Assembly: GCA_047611265.1 (NCBI GenBank) | Contig: JBLFWM010000001.1 | Location: 153,153 to 217,152, forward strand | Source: Gammaproteobacteria bacterium | Lineage (GTDB): Bacteria > Pseudomonadota > Gammaproteobacteria > GCA-002705445 > GCA-002716945 | Direction of reading: 5' to 3' | DNA: 64,000 nucleotides | Shown here: positions 55,968-64,000 of the stretch, one piece after another | Numbering within the stretch: position 1 is the stretch's first letter | How the letters are laid out: the number at the start of each line of letters is the position of its first letter | Made by a program: the position numbers and the translations under genes | Notes under the pieces: generated by a model | Told to the model about the DNA's origin: nothing | Database searches by the model: none | Seen by the model: only the letters and a program-made list of their open reading frames with translations

Positions 55968-57224
55968 TTACCTCTTCATGGAATCAAAGAATTCAGAATT
56001 AGTTTTAGTTGACTGTAATTTATTCAACATAAACTCCATAGCATCTAACTCATCCATAGAGTGAAGAACTTTTCTTAAAATCCATATTTTCTGTAATTCA
56101 TCTGGCGTAGTTAATAACTCTTCTCTTCTAGTTCCGGAGCGATTAATATTGATAGCGGGGTATATTCTTTTTTCAGCTATGCGCCTATCAAGATGTACTT
56201 CCATGTTACCTGTTCCCTTGAACTCTTCATATATAACCTCGTCCATCTTTGATCCTGTATCAACAAGAGCCGTAGCTAAGATTGTTAAACTTCCACCCTC
56301 TTCAATATTTCTAGCTGCACCAAAAAATCTCTTTGGCTTAGTTAGTGAATTTGCATCAACACCACCCGATAGTACTTTACCAGACGATGGAGCAATTGTG
56401 TTGTAAGCCCTAGCAAGCCTTGTAATAGAATCAAGGAGTATAATCACATCTTTTTTGTGTTCAACCAGACGTTTAGCTTTCTCGATAACCATTTCTGCTA
56501 CCTGAACATGTCTATGAGCTGGTTCATCAAAAGTACTTGCAACAACTTCTCCTCTAACCATGCGTGACATTTCAGTTACTTCCTCAGGTCTTTCATCAAT
56601 TAATAAAACTATTAGAATAGAATCAGGGTTATTGGCAATCAAACTTTGTGCTATCTGTTGAAGCATAATAGTTTTACCAGCTTTAGGTGGAGAGATGATT
56701 AAACCTCTTTGACCTTTACCAATAGGTGCGGCAATATCAACCAAACGCCCAGATATATCTTCTCTGCTACCATTACCACATTCAAGCCTTAGTCTTTCAT
56801 TCGCATGCAAAGGTGTTAGATTTTCAAATAAAATCTTATGTTTAGAATTCTCTGTAGAATCAAAATTTACGTTATCAACTTTAAGTAATGCAAAATATCT
56901 TTCGCCTTCTTTAGGTGGTCTAATTTTTCCCTCAACGGTATCGCCTGTACGTAATGAAAATTTACGAATTTGACTAGGTGAAACATAAATGTCATCAGGT
57001 CCTGCTAAATATGAGCTACTAGCATTTCTTAAAAAACCAAAACCATCCTGTAATATTTCTAGAACTCCACCGGCAGATATATCTTCTCCACTAGATGAGT
57101 GGCTTTTTAAAATAGTAAAAATGACATCTTGTTTTCTAAGCCTGCCGACATTCTCAGCGCCCATTTTTTCAGCCATAGATACAAGCTCTTGTATTGGTTT
57201 TTCTTTTAGTTCAGTTAGGTTCAT
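55968..57224 (-). CDS. rho: transcription termination factor Rho
   Basis: '[22 protein letters not shown]...[15 protein letters not shown]' and Walker A '[11 protein letters not shown]'. Confidence 0.95.
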   Translation of the reverse strand: MNLTELKEKPIQELVSMAEKMGAENVGRLRKQDVIFTILKSHSSSGEDISAGGVLEILQDGFGFLRNASSSYLAGPDDIYVSPSQIRKFSLRTGDTVEGKIRPPKEGERYFALLKVDNVNFDSTENSKHKILFENLTPLHANERLRLECGNGSREDISGRLVDIAAPIGKGQRGLIISPPKAGKTIMLQQIAQSLIANNPDSILIVLLIDERPEEVTEMSRMVRGEVVASTFDEPAHRHVQVAEMVIEKAKRLVEHKKDVIILLDSITRLARAYNTIAPSSGKVLSGGVDANSLTKPKRFFGAARNIEEGGSLTILATALVDTGSKMDEVIYEEFKGTGNMEVHLDRRIAEKRIYPAININRSGTRREELLTTPDELQKIWILRKVLHSMDELDAMEFMLNKLQSTKTNSEFFDSMKR

Positions 57225-57301
57225 ATTATTTTAATTGGTTTGTTAAAATTGATTGTTTTGAAAATACTTATTTTATACTTTATAGATCTATATTTAATGA
57301 G

Positions 57302-57625
57302 TTATAGATTCTCATTTAAAAAATTTGTTAACTCCGATTTAGTTAAAACTCCTACAGATGTAGCAGCCAACTCTCCACTCTTAAAAATCATTATTGTAGG
57401 TATACCCCTAATTCCATATTTTGGAGCAGTAGCGGGATTTGCGTCAATATCAAGTTTAGTAAATTTTACTTTACCATCAAATTCAGGGGCAACATCATCT
57501 ACGATTGGCCCTAATACTTTACATGGTCCACACCACTCTGCCCAAAAATCTATCAAGACTGGTATTTCTGATTTTAAAACTTCAGTTTCAAAATTATCAT
57601 CTGTAATGTTAAGTACTGAACTCAT
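57302..57625 (-). CDS. trxA: thioredoxin 1
   Basis: 'LIDFWAEWCGPCKVLGP'. trxA-rho order as in E. coli. Confidence 0.9.
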   Translation of the reverse strand: MSSVLNITDDNFETEVLKSEIPVLIDFWAEWCGPCKVLGPIVDDVAPEFDGKVKFTKLDIDANPATAPKYGIRGIPTIMIFKSGELAATSVGVLTKSELTNFLNENL

Positions 57626-57734
57626 TATAAATCTTCCTCTAAATTTTATTTATGCTTTGAATTGAGTTTTGATTTGTCTACGAATAGTAATATCTTAGTC
57701 TGTTTCATTAATAAGTCAAGCTTTATTAAGCTTG

Positions 57735-58241
57735 CTAACTAGGGTTAAATTTTTTTAATTCTAAAGTAAATCCATCGCAACTATTTGAAAGTATAATGCA
57801 AGATGCGCCACCTTGCGTTCTTGTTTTTCCAGCTGCACCAGGATTGATAATATACGGTTTTTTAGTCATGTCTAAAGTATGGTGATGCGTGTGACCATAG
57901 ATAACAACTAACGCGTTAGGATAGGACTCTCTTAAGGAATCATGATAATTTGGATAATGTTTATGCCCATGAGTTACTACAATATCGCCAATAGATGTGG
58001 TTATGACTTCTACATCATTTAATTCGTCATAATCATCATTATTCCCATTTACCGCATATAATTCTTTTGATGTAAGTTTAATATTCTCAAGTATTTTATA
58101 ATCTAAAATATCACCTGCATGAATAACATAATCACTTTTATTTATAAGGTTATATATTAAAGAATTTAAATTAGAATGCGTATCAGAAAGTATTATTATT
58201 CTAAAAAGATTATCTTTTATTATATGTGAGTTTGATTTCAT
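57735..58241 (-). CDS. metallophosphoesterase (YfcE / MJ0936-family phosphodiesterase)
   Basis: 'RIIILSDTHSNL', 'VIHAGDI', 'GNND', 'VVTHGHKH' and 'IYGHTHHH' calcineurin-like motifs in canonical order. Confidence 0.7.
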   Translation of the reverse strand: MKSNSHIIKDNLFRIIILSDTHSNLNSLIYNLINKSDYVIHAGDILDYKILENIKLTSKELYAVNGNNDDYDELNDVEVITTSIGDIVVTHGHKHYPNYHDSLRESYPNALVVIYGHTHHHTLDMTKKPYIINPGAAGKTRTQGGASCIILSNSCDGFTLELKKFNPS

Positions 58242-58279
58242 TTCAATTTATGTAGTTAATTTAATCTTAAATTAAGATA

Positions 58280-58630
58280 CTAAAATATAGTTGCGCCAAA
58301 GACCTTAATAGATTCATCTTCAACTCCTAGCACTAGTCTGCCAAGATATTCACCCTCTACTTCCGAGCTTGTTTGTTTAAACAAAACAGTGACATGTTCA
58401 TTACGTCTCAGGCAACCAAAAAATTTTCTTTCCATAGATAGGCTTGTAAGCATTTTATTAGCGGCCCACTGTTTACCTATCTCAACTTCATTTGCTCCAA
58501 AAAGCATTTCTTTGGAGAAATGTTTTGTGAAACCACCATAATCTTTTTTATTAGATGATTCCACAAGTCCATTCCATATCGGATTAGCAATCTTTAAGAT
58601 TTCTTCATCCGTCATTTCAACTAGATTCAT
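58280..58630 (-). CDS. hypothetical protein (116 aa) immediately downstream of aprA
   Basis: ORF only. No signal peptide and a single Cys ('FGCLRR'). It begins 35 bp after the aprA stop, so it is plausibly co-transcribed. Confidence 0.35.
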   Translation of the reverse strand: MNLVEMTDEEILKIANPIWNGLVESSNKKDYGGFTKHFSKEMLFGANEVEIGKQWAANKMLTSLSMERKFFGCLRRNEHVTVLFKQTSSEVEGEYLGRLVLGVEDESIKVFGATIF

Positions 58631-58664
58631 ACGTTAACTCTTATGTTAAATAATATAAAATTAT

Positions 58665-60533
58665 TTATGCTTTTTTCTCATCATCAACTTCTTCGTCAAT
58701 AAGATGATAAAGCGGAGCTTTTTCTAGTTCAAACTTACCAGTTTTTGGATCACGTCTTGAAACAGTCAAACAATGCCAATTCTCATCATCTAATTTTAAG
58801 AAGTCGCCTCTATAGTAATATCCAGGCCAACGTGTTTCTTCACGGAATATTGTATGCTCAGCAACACATTGTGAAACTAATGCACGATGCTTTAATTCCC
58901 ATGCTCTCATTAATTGATGTAAATCTTCAGCGCCAACATGCTCTAAATCTTCTTCTAATATTCCAAGAAGCTCTATTCCACGTTTTAAACCAACTTCATT
59001 AGTCATATAGTTAGTACCAATACCACCAACATATTCATCCATTATTTTTTGCAGTCTTTGTAGACCTTGGATTGGTAATATGTAGCTTGGAGACACTGTA
59101 CCAGCTGTTATTTCGTTACGCCCAACAGTATAGTTTTCAAGAGGTTTATATATAACTTCTTTTAATTTTTCACATTGACCATCTGTGACAGATATACCGT
59201 CAGCACGACCATCATTAATATATTGCACAGCTGCTTTAGCGCACAATCTACCTTCTGTAAACGAACCAGATGAGAATGCATGAGCTGTTCCACCGGCAGC
59301 ATCACCTGCTGCAAATAAACCGTCAATAGTCATCATCCTGTTATAACCCCAGAAATATTCTGGTATGCCACCAGACACATCTTCTGGTCCACTGACCCAA
59401 GCGCCTGAACATGTTGCATGAGAACCCATTACATATGGTTCTGATGTAGTTAATTCTGGATTTTGGTATTTAGGATCTATATCTTGAGATGCCCAAACAA
59501 CTGCTTGACCAACAGTCATTCCTAAAAAGTTTTCCCACCCAATAGTTTCTAAATGTGGGTCTTGGAATGCTTCCATTGTGACCATATAAATTGGGCCTCT
59601 ACCGGCCATTGTTTCTTGAATAAATGCATGATTACGTAAGCATGTTGGTGTTGGCACATGATCAATATACTCTCCCACCATTTCTTTTGTTTGGTCATAC
59701 CATGTTTTTTCATAGTTATCACCATTTGCATTTTGAGTGTATGTTTTTAGATGTAAGAAGTATGCTCCTACTGGACCATATCCATCTTTAAATCTAGTTA
59801 GTACAATACGGTTTTCCATTTGTGTCATTTTTGCACCGACCGCTATTGGTAATGCATATGCTGAACCGTTACTCCATGGCGCATACCATGTACGACCCAT
59901 ACCTTCACCAACTGAACGTGGTTTGAAAATGTGTGATGCTCCACCAGCTGCACATATTACTGCTTTAGCGCGGAATACATAATGATCACCAGTACGCATA
60001 TTAAAACCTGTGGCACCACCGATTCTATTATCATGACCCTCATCCATTAAAAGATGAGTAATCATTACACGGTTGTAAATTTTATCTGCAGACTTTTTAG
60101 CAGCTTCAGCCACTATAGGTTTGTAGCTCTCACCATGAATCATGATTTGCCATTTACCTTCTCTTTGATATTGACCTGTTTTTTCGTTACGCATAAGTGG
60201 TAAACCCCACTCTTCAAACATATGTACGCATGAGTCTACATGACGTGCCATATCGTACGCTAAGTCTTCACGGACCATTCCCATTAAATCATTACGAGCA
60301 TATCTAACATGATCTTCTGGCTGATTTTCATCCCATTGCATACCCATATAGCAGTTAATAGCATAAAGACCTTGAGCAACAGCTCCACTTCTATCTATAT
60401 TTGCTTTTTCTGCACAGATAATTTTCATATCACGGCCCCAGTATCTTGATTCAAATGTAGCACCTGTGCCAGCCATACCGCCGCCAACAACTAAAATATC
60501 GCAATCTTCGTAATGTGTTTTAAATTTAGCCAT
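58665..60533 (-). CDS. aprA: adenylylsulfate (APS) reductase alpha subunit
   Basis: N-terminal FAD fold 'DILVVGGGMAGTGATFE' and a conserved AprA core through 'VAEHTIFREETRWPGYYYR'. Confidence 0.95.
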   Translation of the reverse strand: MAKFKTHYEDCDILVVGGGMAGTGATFESRYWGRDMKIICAEKANIDRSGAVAQGLYAINCYMGMQWDENQPEDHVRYARNDLMGMVREDLAYDMARHVDSCVHMFEEWGLPLMRNEKTGQYQREGKWQIMIHGESYKPIVAEAAKKSADKIYNRVMITHLLMDEGHDNRIGGATGFNMRTGDHYVFRAKAVICAAGGASHIFKPRSVGEGMGRTWYAPWSNGSAYALPIAVGAKMTQMENRIVLTRFKDGYGPVGAYFLHLKTYTQNANGDNYEKTWYDQTKEMVGEYIDHVPTPTCLRNHAFIQETMAGRGPIYMVTMEAFQDPHLETIGWENFLGMTVGQAVVWASQDIDPKYQNPELTTSEPYVMGSHATCSGAWVSGPEDVSGGIPEYFWGYNRMMTIDGLFAAGDAAGGTAHAFSSGSFTEGRLCAKAAVQYINDGRADGISVTDGQCEKLKEVIYKPLENYTVGRNEITAGTVSPSYILPIQGLQRLQKIMDEYVGGIGTNYMTNEVGLKRGIELLGILEEDLEHVGAEDLHQLMRAWELKHRALVSQCVAEHTIFREETRWPGYYYRGDFLKLDDENWHCLTVSRRDPKTGKFELEKAPLYHLIDEEVDDEKKA

Positions 60534-61024
60534 TAGTAGTACACTCCTTGTTTTAATTTACCAACTTTTGCCATTAAAGGGACACCTGTATCTGATACTG
60601 GAACTTTTCCAGTTTTCAAATAAGTTGGTTCGCCATATAGTCGATTATTATCATGCGCATCTTTATTAGGTACGTCTTTCTCAGCTAATTTAGGAATAAA
60701 TTTTCCCCATGGTTTAGTAGTAATTGGTGAAACAAAGCTTTTCATGTGCCCATTTCTAAACTTAATCTTCCAGCTAATAACTCCTTTCTCTTCTTCACGA
60801 AGAACACGGACCTTATGGCCCATTGGAGCAAAGTCTGCATATCCACGAACATCAATAGCGTTCTGTGGGCATGCTTTTACGCAAGAGTAACACTCCCAGC
60901 AAAAGTTAGGTTCAATATTTACTGCGCGTCTAATAAGTTTATCAATGTGCATGATATCTGATGGGCAAATATCTACACAATGTCCACATCCATCGCATCT
61001 GGTCATATATACAAAAGTTGACAT
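60533..61024 (-). CDS. aprB: adenylylsulfate reductase beta subunit (2 x [4Fe-4S])
   Basis: 'CDGCGHCVDICP' and 'CWECYSCVKACP' ferredoxin motifs plus the characteristic AprB C-terminal tail. Overlaps aprA by 1 nt. Confidence 0.9.
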   Translation of the reverse strand: MSTFVYMTRCDGCGHCVDICPSDIMHIDKLIRRAVNIEPNFCWECYSCVKACPQNAIDVRGYADFAPMGHKVRVLREEEKGVISWKIKFRNGHMKSFVSPITTKPWGKFIPKLAEKDVPNKDAHDNNRLYGEPTYLKTGKVPVSDTGVPLMAKVGKLKQGVYY

Positions 61025-61055
61025 AATTTTCTCTCCGTTAATCTATTTTAAATTC

Positions 61056-61838
61056 TTAATAATTCTGTGGTTGAGAACGCTTGATTCCTAAACCAAATTG
61101 TTTTGGTAAATCTGCTGGCTCGGGTAAGTCATCTCTTGAGCCATCAGCTTCAGCTAAATGTTTTTGGATAGCAGCACCTGGTTTATAAAACATATGTGCA
61201 AACTTAGACCAATATACTCCGCCAAATAAAACTACATTGGATATTATAAACATAATAAAGAACAATGTTGCTAAGCCATTTGAGTTAGCTGATTGGAAAT
61301 ACGACCATAATAGGCCAAATGTTGACGTTGTTACCAACGAAAGTACAAATAAATCAGCAAAAACAATTCTGCTCCAGCTATTACCTTCAGCTCTAACATC
61401 TACTCTTTGTATGAACCAGAACCAATATCCACCGACACATGTCATTATTGCTCCTATATGCCATAACATTGGATAAATTGTTGACGTAGAAGAAGCGCTA
61501 AAAATCATTACCGCCGATGATACCCAAAATAGGATCGTTCCGTACATCCCTAAAAGATGAGTGATTCTTCTTGTTACTCCGCAAAATTCTGCAGAAGTTG
61601 CAACATCATAAGCTAGTGTTTTTACAATAATAGAGGCTTTTTCACCTGTACTTACAGATTTTGTTGCAGATAGTTTTGCTTTCTTAGCATTCTGAAAAAA
61701 GAACTTAACGTTCTTTTTATGCATCATGTCTAAAATTACACCGCCTACAGTGAATATAACCATAAGAACCAAAAATCCTTGTATATATGCAGGGGCAATG
61801 TTTAGTATGTTATCGACGAATGGGTTAATTGTTATCAT
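61056..61838 (-). CDS. aprM: APS reductase membrane anchor AprM
   Basis: 260-aa protein with about 5-6 TM helices, directly upstream of aprBA, the position held by AprM in sulfur-oxidising gammaproteobacteria. Assignment is by context and topology. Confidence 0.7.
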   Translation of the reverse strand: MITINPFVDNILNIAPAYIQGFLVLMVIFTVGGVILDMMHKKNVKFFFQNAKKAKLSATKSVSTGEKASIIVKTLAYDVATSAEFCGVTRRITHLLGMYGTILFWVSSAVMIFSASSTSTIYPMLWHIGAIMTCVGGYWFWFIQRVDVRAEGNSWSRIVFADLFVLSLVTTSTFGLLWSYFQSANSNGLATLFFIMFIISNVVLFGGVYWSKFAHMFYKPGAAIQKHLAEADGSRDDLPEPADLPKQFGLGIKRSQPQNY

Positions 61839-61856
61839 AATTTCTCCGGATTTAAT

Positions 61857-62039
61857 TTAGGCTTGTATAGCCTGACTTCTTTTAGTTGATTTAATTGGGC
61901 TTTCAGTAATTTTTAGTTTTACAGGTAGAGATATCTTATCACTTACCGTGATTGTTTTGGTTCTATGCGTTATAGAGTTTCCAGTTACACTTTTAGTGAA
62001 TTGCGACATAATCTCTCCATTGTTTATTACTTTCTGCAA
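61857..62039 (-). CDS. small ORF (60 aa; Ser/Thr/Lys-rich) between sat and aprM - possibly not expressed
   Basis: ORF only. No motif and low complexity. It lies in the 275-bp sat-aprM spacer. Confidence 0.15.
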   Translation of the reverse strand: MQKVINNGEIMSQFTKSVTGNSITHRTKTITVSDKISLPVKLKITESPIKSTKRSQAIQA

Positions 62040-62113
62040 AAGATTATAATATATTCTTAATCTGTTTGGAATGTATTATTAGTAAATAAGTATATTCTTT
62101 TTAACCATATAAA

Positions 62114-63307
62114 CTATAGGGATTGATAGTACCCCATTAATATTTCAGCAACTTCTTTTCTTGCGAATTCAGGAGGTAATTCTTGCCCATTTGACAACAT
62201 TTCTCTGACTTTAGTTCCAGATAGTAGCACAAAGTCATCTTTTGAATGATCTTTAGCGTCTCTCATCATTATAACCTTGTTTAATTTCTTAGAAAAAGCA
62301 GTATGATCAGCTGAGAATATCTCTAATTTTAAAGAATTCTTAACTACATCAAGCTCAAATACTTCTTGTGCCTCAAATGGTCCATAATAGTCACCTACTC
62401 CAGCATGATCTCTTCCAACTATTAAATGCGAACAACCACAGTTTTGTCTAAAAACTGCATGTAGCAATGCTTCTCTAGGCCCCGCGTATAACATGTCAAA
62501 TCCAAAGCCTGAAATTATGACGGTGTTTTCTGGAAAATATACCTCTACCATTTTAGCTATAGCTGAATTTCTAATATCACCTGGTATATCACCTTCTTTT
62601 AGTTTTCCTAATGTCATATGAATTAAGACGCCATCAGCATCTAGTCTTTCTAAAGCCATTTTACAGAGTTCTTCATGAGCTCTATGCATTGGGTTTCTAG
62701 TCTGAAAAGCAACTGTTTTAGACCAACCTGCCTTTGTAAGCATTTCTCTAATTTCTGGAGCAGTAGCAAAAGTACCAGGGAACTCATTAGGGAAATAACT
62801 ATAGTTTAATACTTTAATATCGCCAGAAATCAACGTATTGCCAAGACTTAGAAAGTTTGCAACTCCTGGATGATTTTTATCTGTAGTTCCAAAAATTTTA
62901 TCTGTCATTACTGTAATTTCATCATCACTTAAAATTTCAATTGCAGAAACTTGTTGTATGGCTATTACTGGATTACCCTGCATATTTGGATCTAGCAATG
63001 CTATTTCATCGCCTATTTTTATATTTTTAGCATCTTTAGTAAGATTAATAATTGGAACAGGCCAAAACAGACCTTCCGTTGTTAACATGTCATTTGCTAC
63101 ACTAATGGCACTCTTTTTATCCATAAATCCTGACAATGGAGTGAAGTATCCAGCTCCCAACATAACAACATTTGCTGCTGCTGCTGAATTTAATAATAGT
63201 TGAGGCATGCCTTTTGACTCACTAATAAGACTATCTCTTTGAGAAGAATCATTGATGAATAAAGGGTTTAACGAGTCTGACCCGTGGGGTGCTATCAAAT
63301 TTTTCAT
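62114..63307 (-). CDS. sat: sulfate adenylyltransferase (ATP sulfurylase), homo-oligomeric type
   Basis: 'QTRNPMHRAHEELCK' (QTRN...HRAH) and 'GRDHAGVG' motifs. Confidence 0.95.
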   Translation of the reverse strand: MKNLIAPHGSDSLNPLFINDSSQRDSLISESKGMPQLLLNSAAAANVVMLGAGYFTPLSGFMDKKSAISVANDMLTTEGLFWPVPIINLTKDAKNIKIGDEIALLDPNMQGNPVIAIQQVSAIEILSDDEITVMTDKIFGTTDKNHPGVANFLSLGNTLISGDIKVLNYSYFPNEFPGTFATAPEIREMLTKAGWSKTVAFQTRNPMHRAHEELCKMALERLDADGVLIHMTLGKLKEGDIPGDIRNSAIAKMVEVYFPENTVIISGFGFDMLYAGPREALLHAVFRQNCGCSHLIVGRDHAGVGDYYGPFEAQEVFELDVVKNSLKLEIFSADHTAFSKKLNKVIMMRDAKDHSKDDFVLLSGTKVREMLSNGQELPPEFARKEVAEILMGYYQSL

Positions 63308-63471
63308 AAAATATCCATAATTATATAATTAAATTCCCATTGATGATTGGGAAGACTAATACTATAATCAACGTTGCTTAAAAGGTCAAAGGACTTTTAT
63401 AATGAAAAAGCAGCTATGCATGCTAGCAAAAATAAGCATATATTTAAATTAAAATAGAGGAAGAATGAATT

Positions 63472-64000
63472 ATGGAACAAATTCTAGAAATAAGAGATGG
63501 ATGTACTACTCCAGCACAATTATTAAAGAGTAAAGCTTTTGCTCAATACTTGGATATTTATAAAAAACAATTTATAAAAGAATTAAGAAATCGTGAAAAC
63601 ACTGACCTTAAAGATGATGTGCTTCATAAGATTGACTATATAGATGGTATTGAAGCTAATACTTATATTTCTATCATAGAAGGAGTTACTCCTTTCTCTG
63701 GTGATGAATTAAAAGCTCATAGAGATTCTGTGAAATTTATTGATGGAGCATTTCATCACTACAGAACAAAATCTTATACACGTCTTGTTAGACTTCATAA
63801 TGAAATATTAGAAGAAGGCACGGACGCTGAAATGATAAAAGACAATGTGACGCTGAAAGCTGATAAACTTTCTGAGCTTATTCTTGAAACAAGAAGAATC
63901 TTGCTTATTCGTGCTGGTCTTGGAGAAGGCGTAAGAAGAACAAAGGGATTAGATTGCCATCCAAATGTTTCGGTTGGAGAAATCTCAGGACACTTCGTGA
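63472..64000 (+). CDS. 5'-partial CDS of unknown function (runs off the window end), divergent from sat
   Basis: ATG at 63472 preceded by AGAGGAAG. It has 176+ codons of open frame and a non-repetitive composition ('MEQILEIRDGCTTPAQLL...'). No family recognised. Confidence 0.4.
   Translation, partial: MEQILEIRDGCTTPAQLLKSKAFAQYLDIYKKQFIKELRNRENTDLKDDVLHKIDYIDGIEANTYISIIEGVTPFSGDELKAHRDSVKFIDGAFHHYRTKSYTRLVRLHNEILEEGTDAEMIKDNVTLKADKLSELILETRRILLIRAGLGEGVRRTKGLDCHPNVSVGEISGHFV

Noticed and set aside
57707-57734. Hairpin (caagctt-tatt-aagcttg) immediately after the phosphodiesterase stop as a rho-independent terminator
   Set aside because: The 7-bp stem is not followed by a U-run on the transcript strand. 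At best it is a weak attenuator.

Overview
The window is a 64-kb stretch of a visibly AT-rich, gene-dense bacterial chromosome with short or overlapping gene junctions and no recognisable mobile elements, integrases, transposases or CRISPR arrays. G+C looks to be roughly 30% by eye; I did not compute it. The gene content points to a gammaproteobacterial sulfur-oxidising chemoautotroph of the SUP05 / vesicomyid-symbiont type. The evidence is a sat-aprM-aprB-aprA locus (APS reductase with an AprM membrane anchor rather than QmoABC) at 58.6-63.3 kb, set among Pseudomonas/E. coli-like core synteny: hemA-prfA-prmC facing a TPR-ispE-prs-rplY-pth-ychF run, then gatCAB-mreBCD, fis-purH-purD, trxA-rho and groESL-fxsA.

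Most of the window is housekeeping. It carries translation and tRNA-modification genes, ccmD-like/EFGHI cytochrome c maturation genes, a Kdo/heptose LPS inner-core cluster, fbpABC iron uptake, accBC, dsbD and aroQ, plus two tRNAs (Met-CAU and Gln-UUG, both on the minus strand). The least conventional part is the first ~7.7 kb. It holds a tightly packed cassette: a DHFR-fold reductase, an MDR oxidoreductase, a PTPS-fold protein with a degenerate metal motif, a GT4 glycosyltransferase, a SAM methyltransferase, a flippase-like membrane protein and a CDP-alcohol phosphatidyltransferase. The last of these is operonic with yceI, a TrmR-like O-methyltransferase and trhO. I could not assign this cassette to any defined pathway, and it is the best candidate here for an undescribed small-molecule or lipid-modification system.

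Smaller observations are an unannotated 41-codon ccmD-like ORF, loss of lolB from its conserved slot, a split hldE, a Fur box before fbpA, a perfect 27-bp tandem duplication at the fxsA start, and hypothetical genes downstream of aprA. All functional calls rest on motif and fold recognition by eye plus synteny. No database searches were run.
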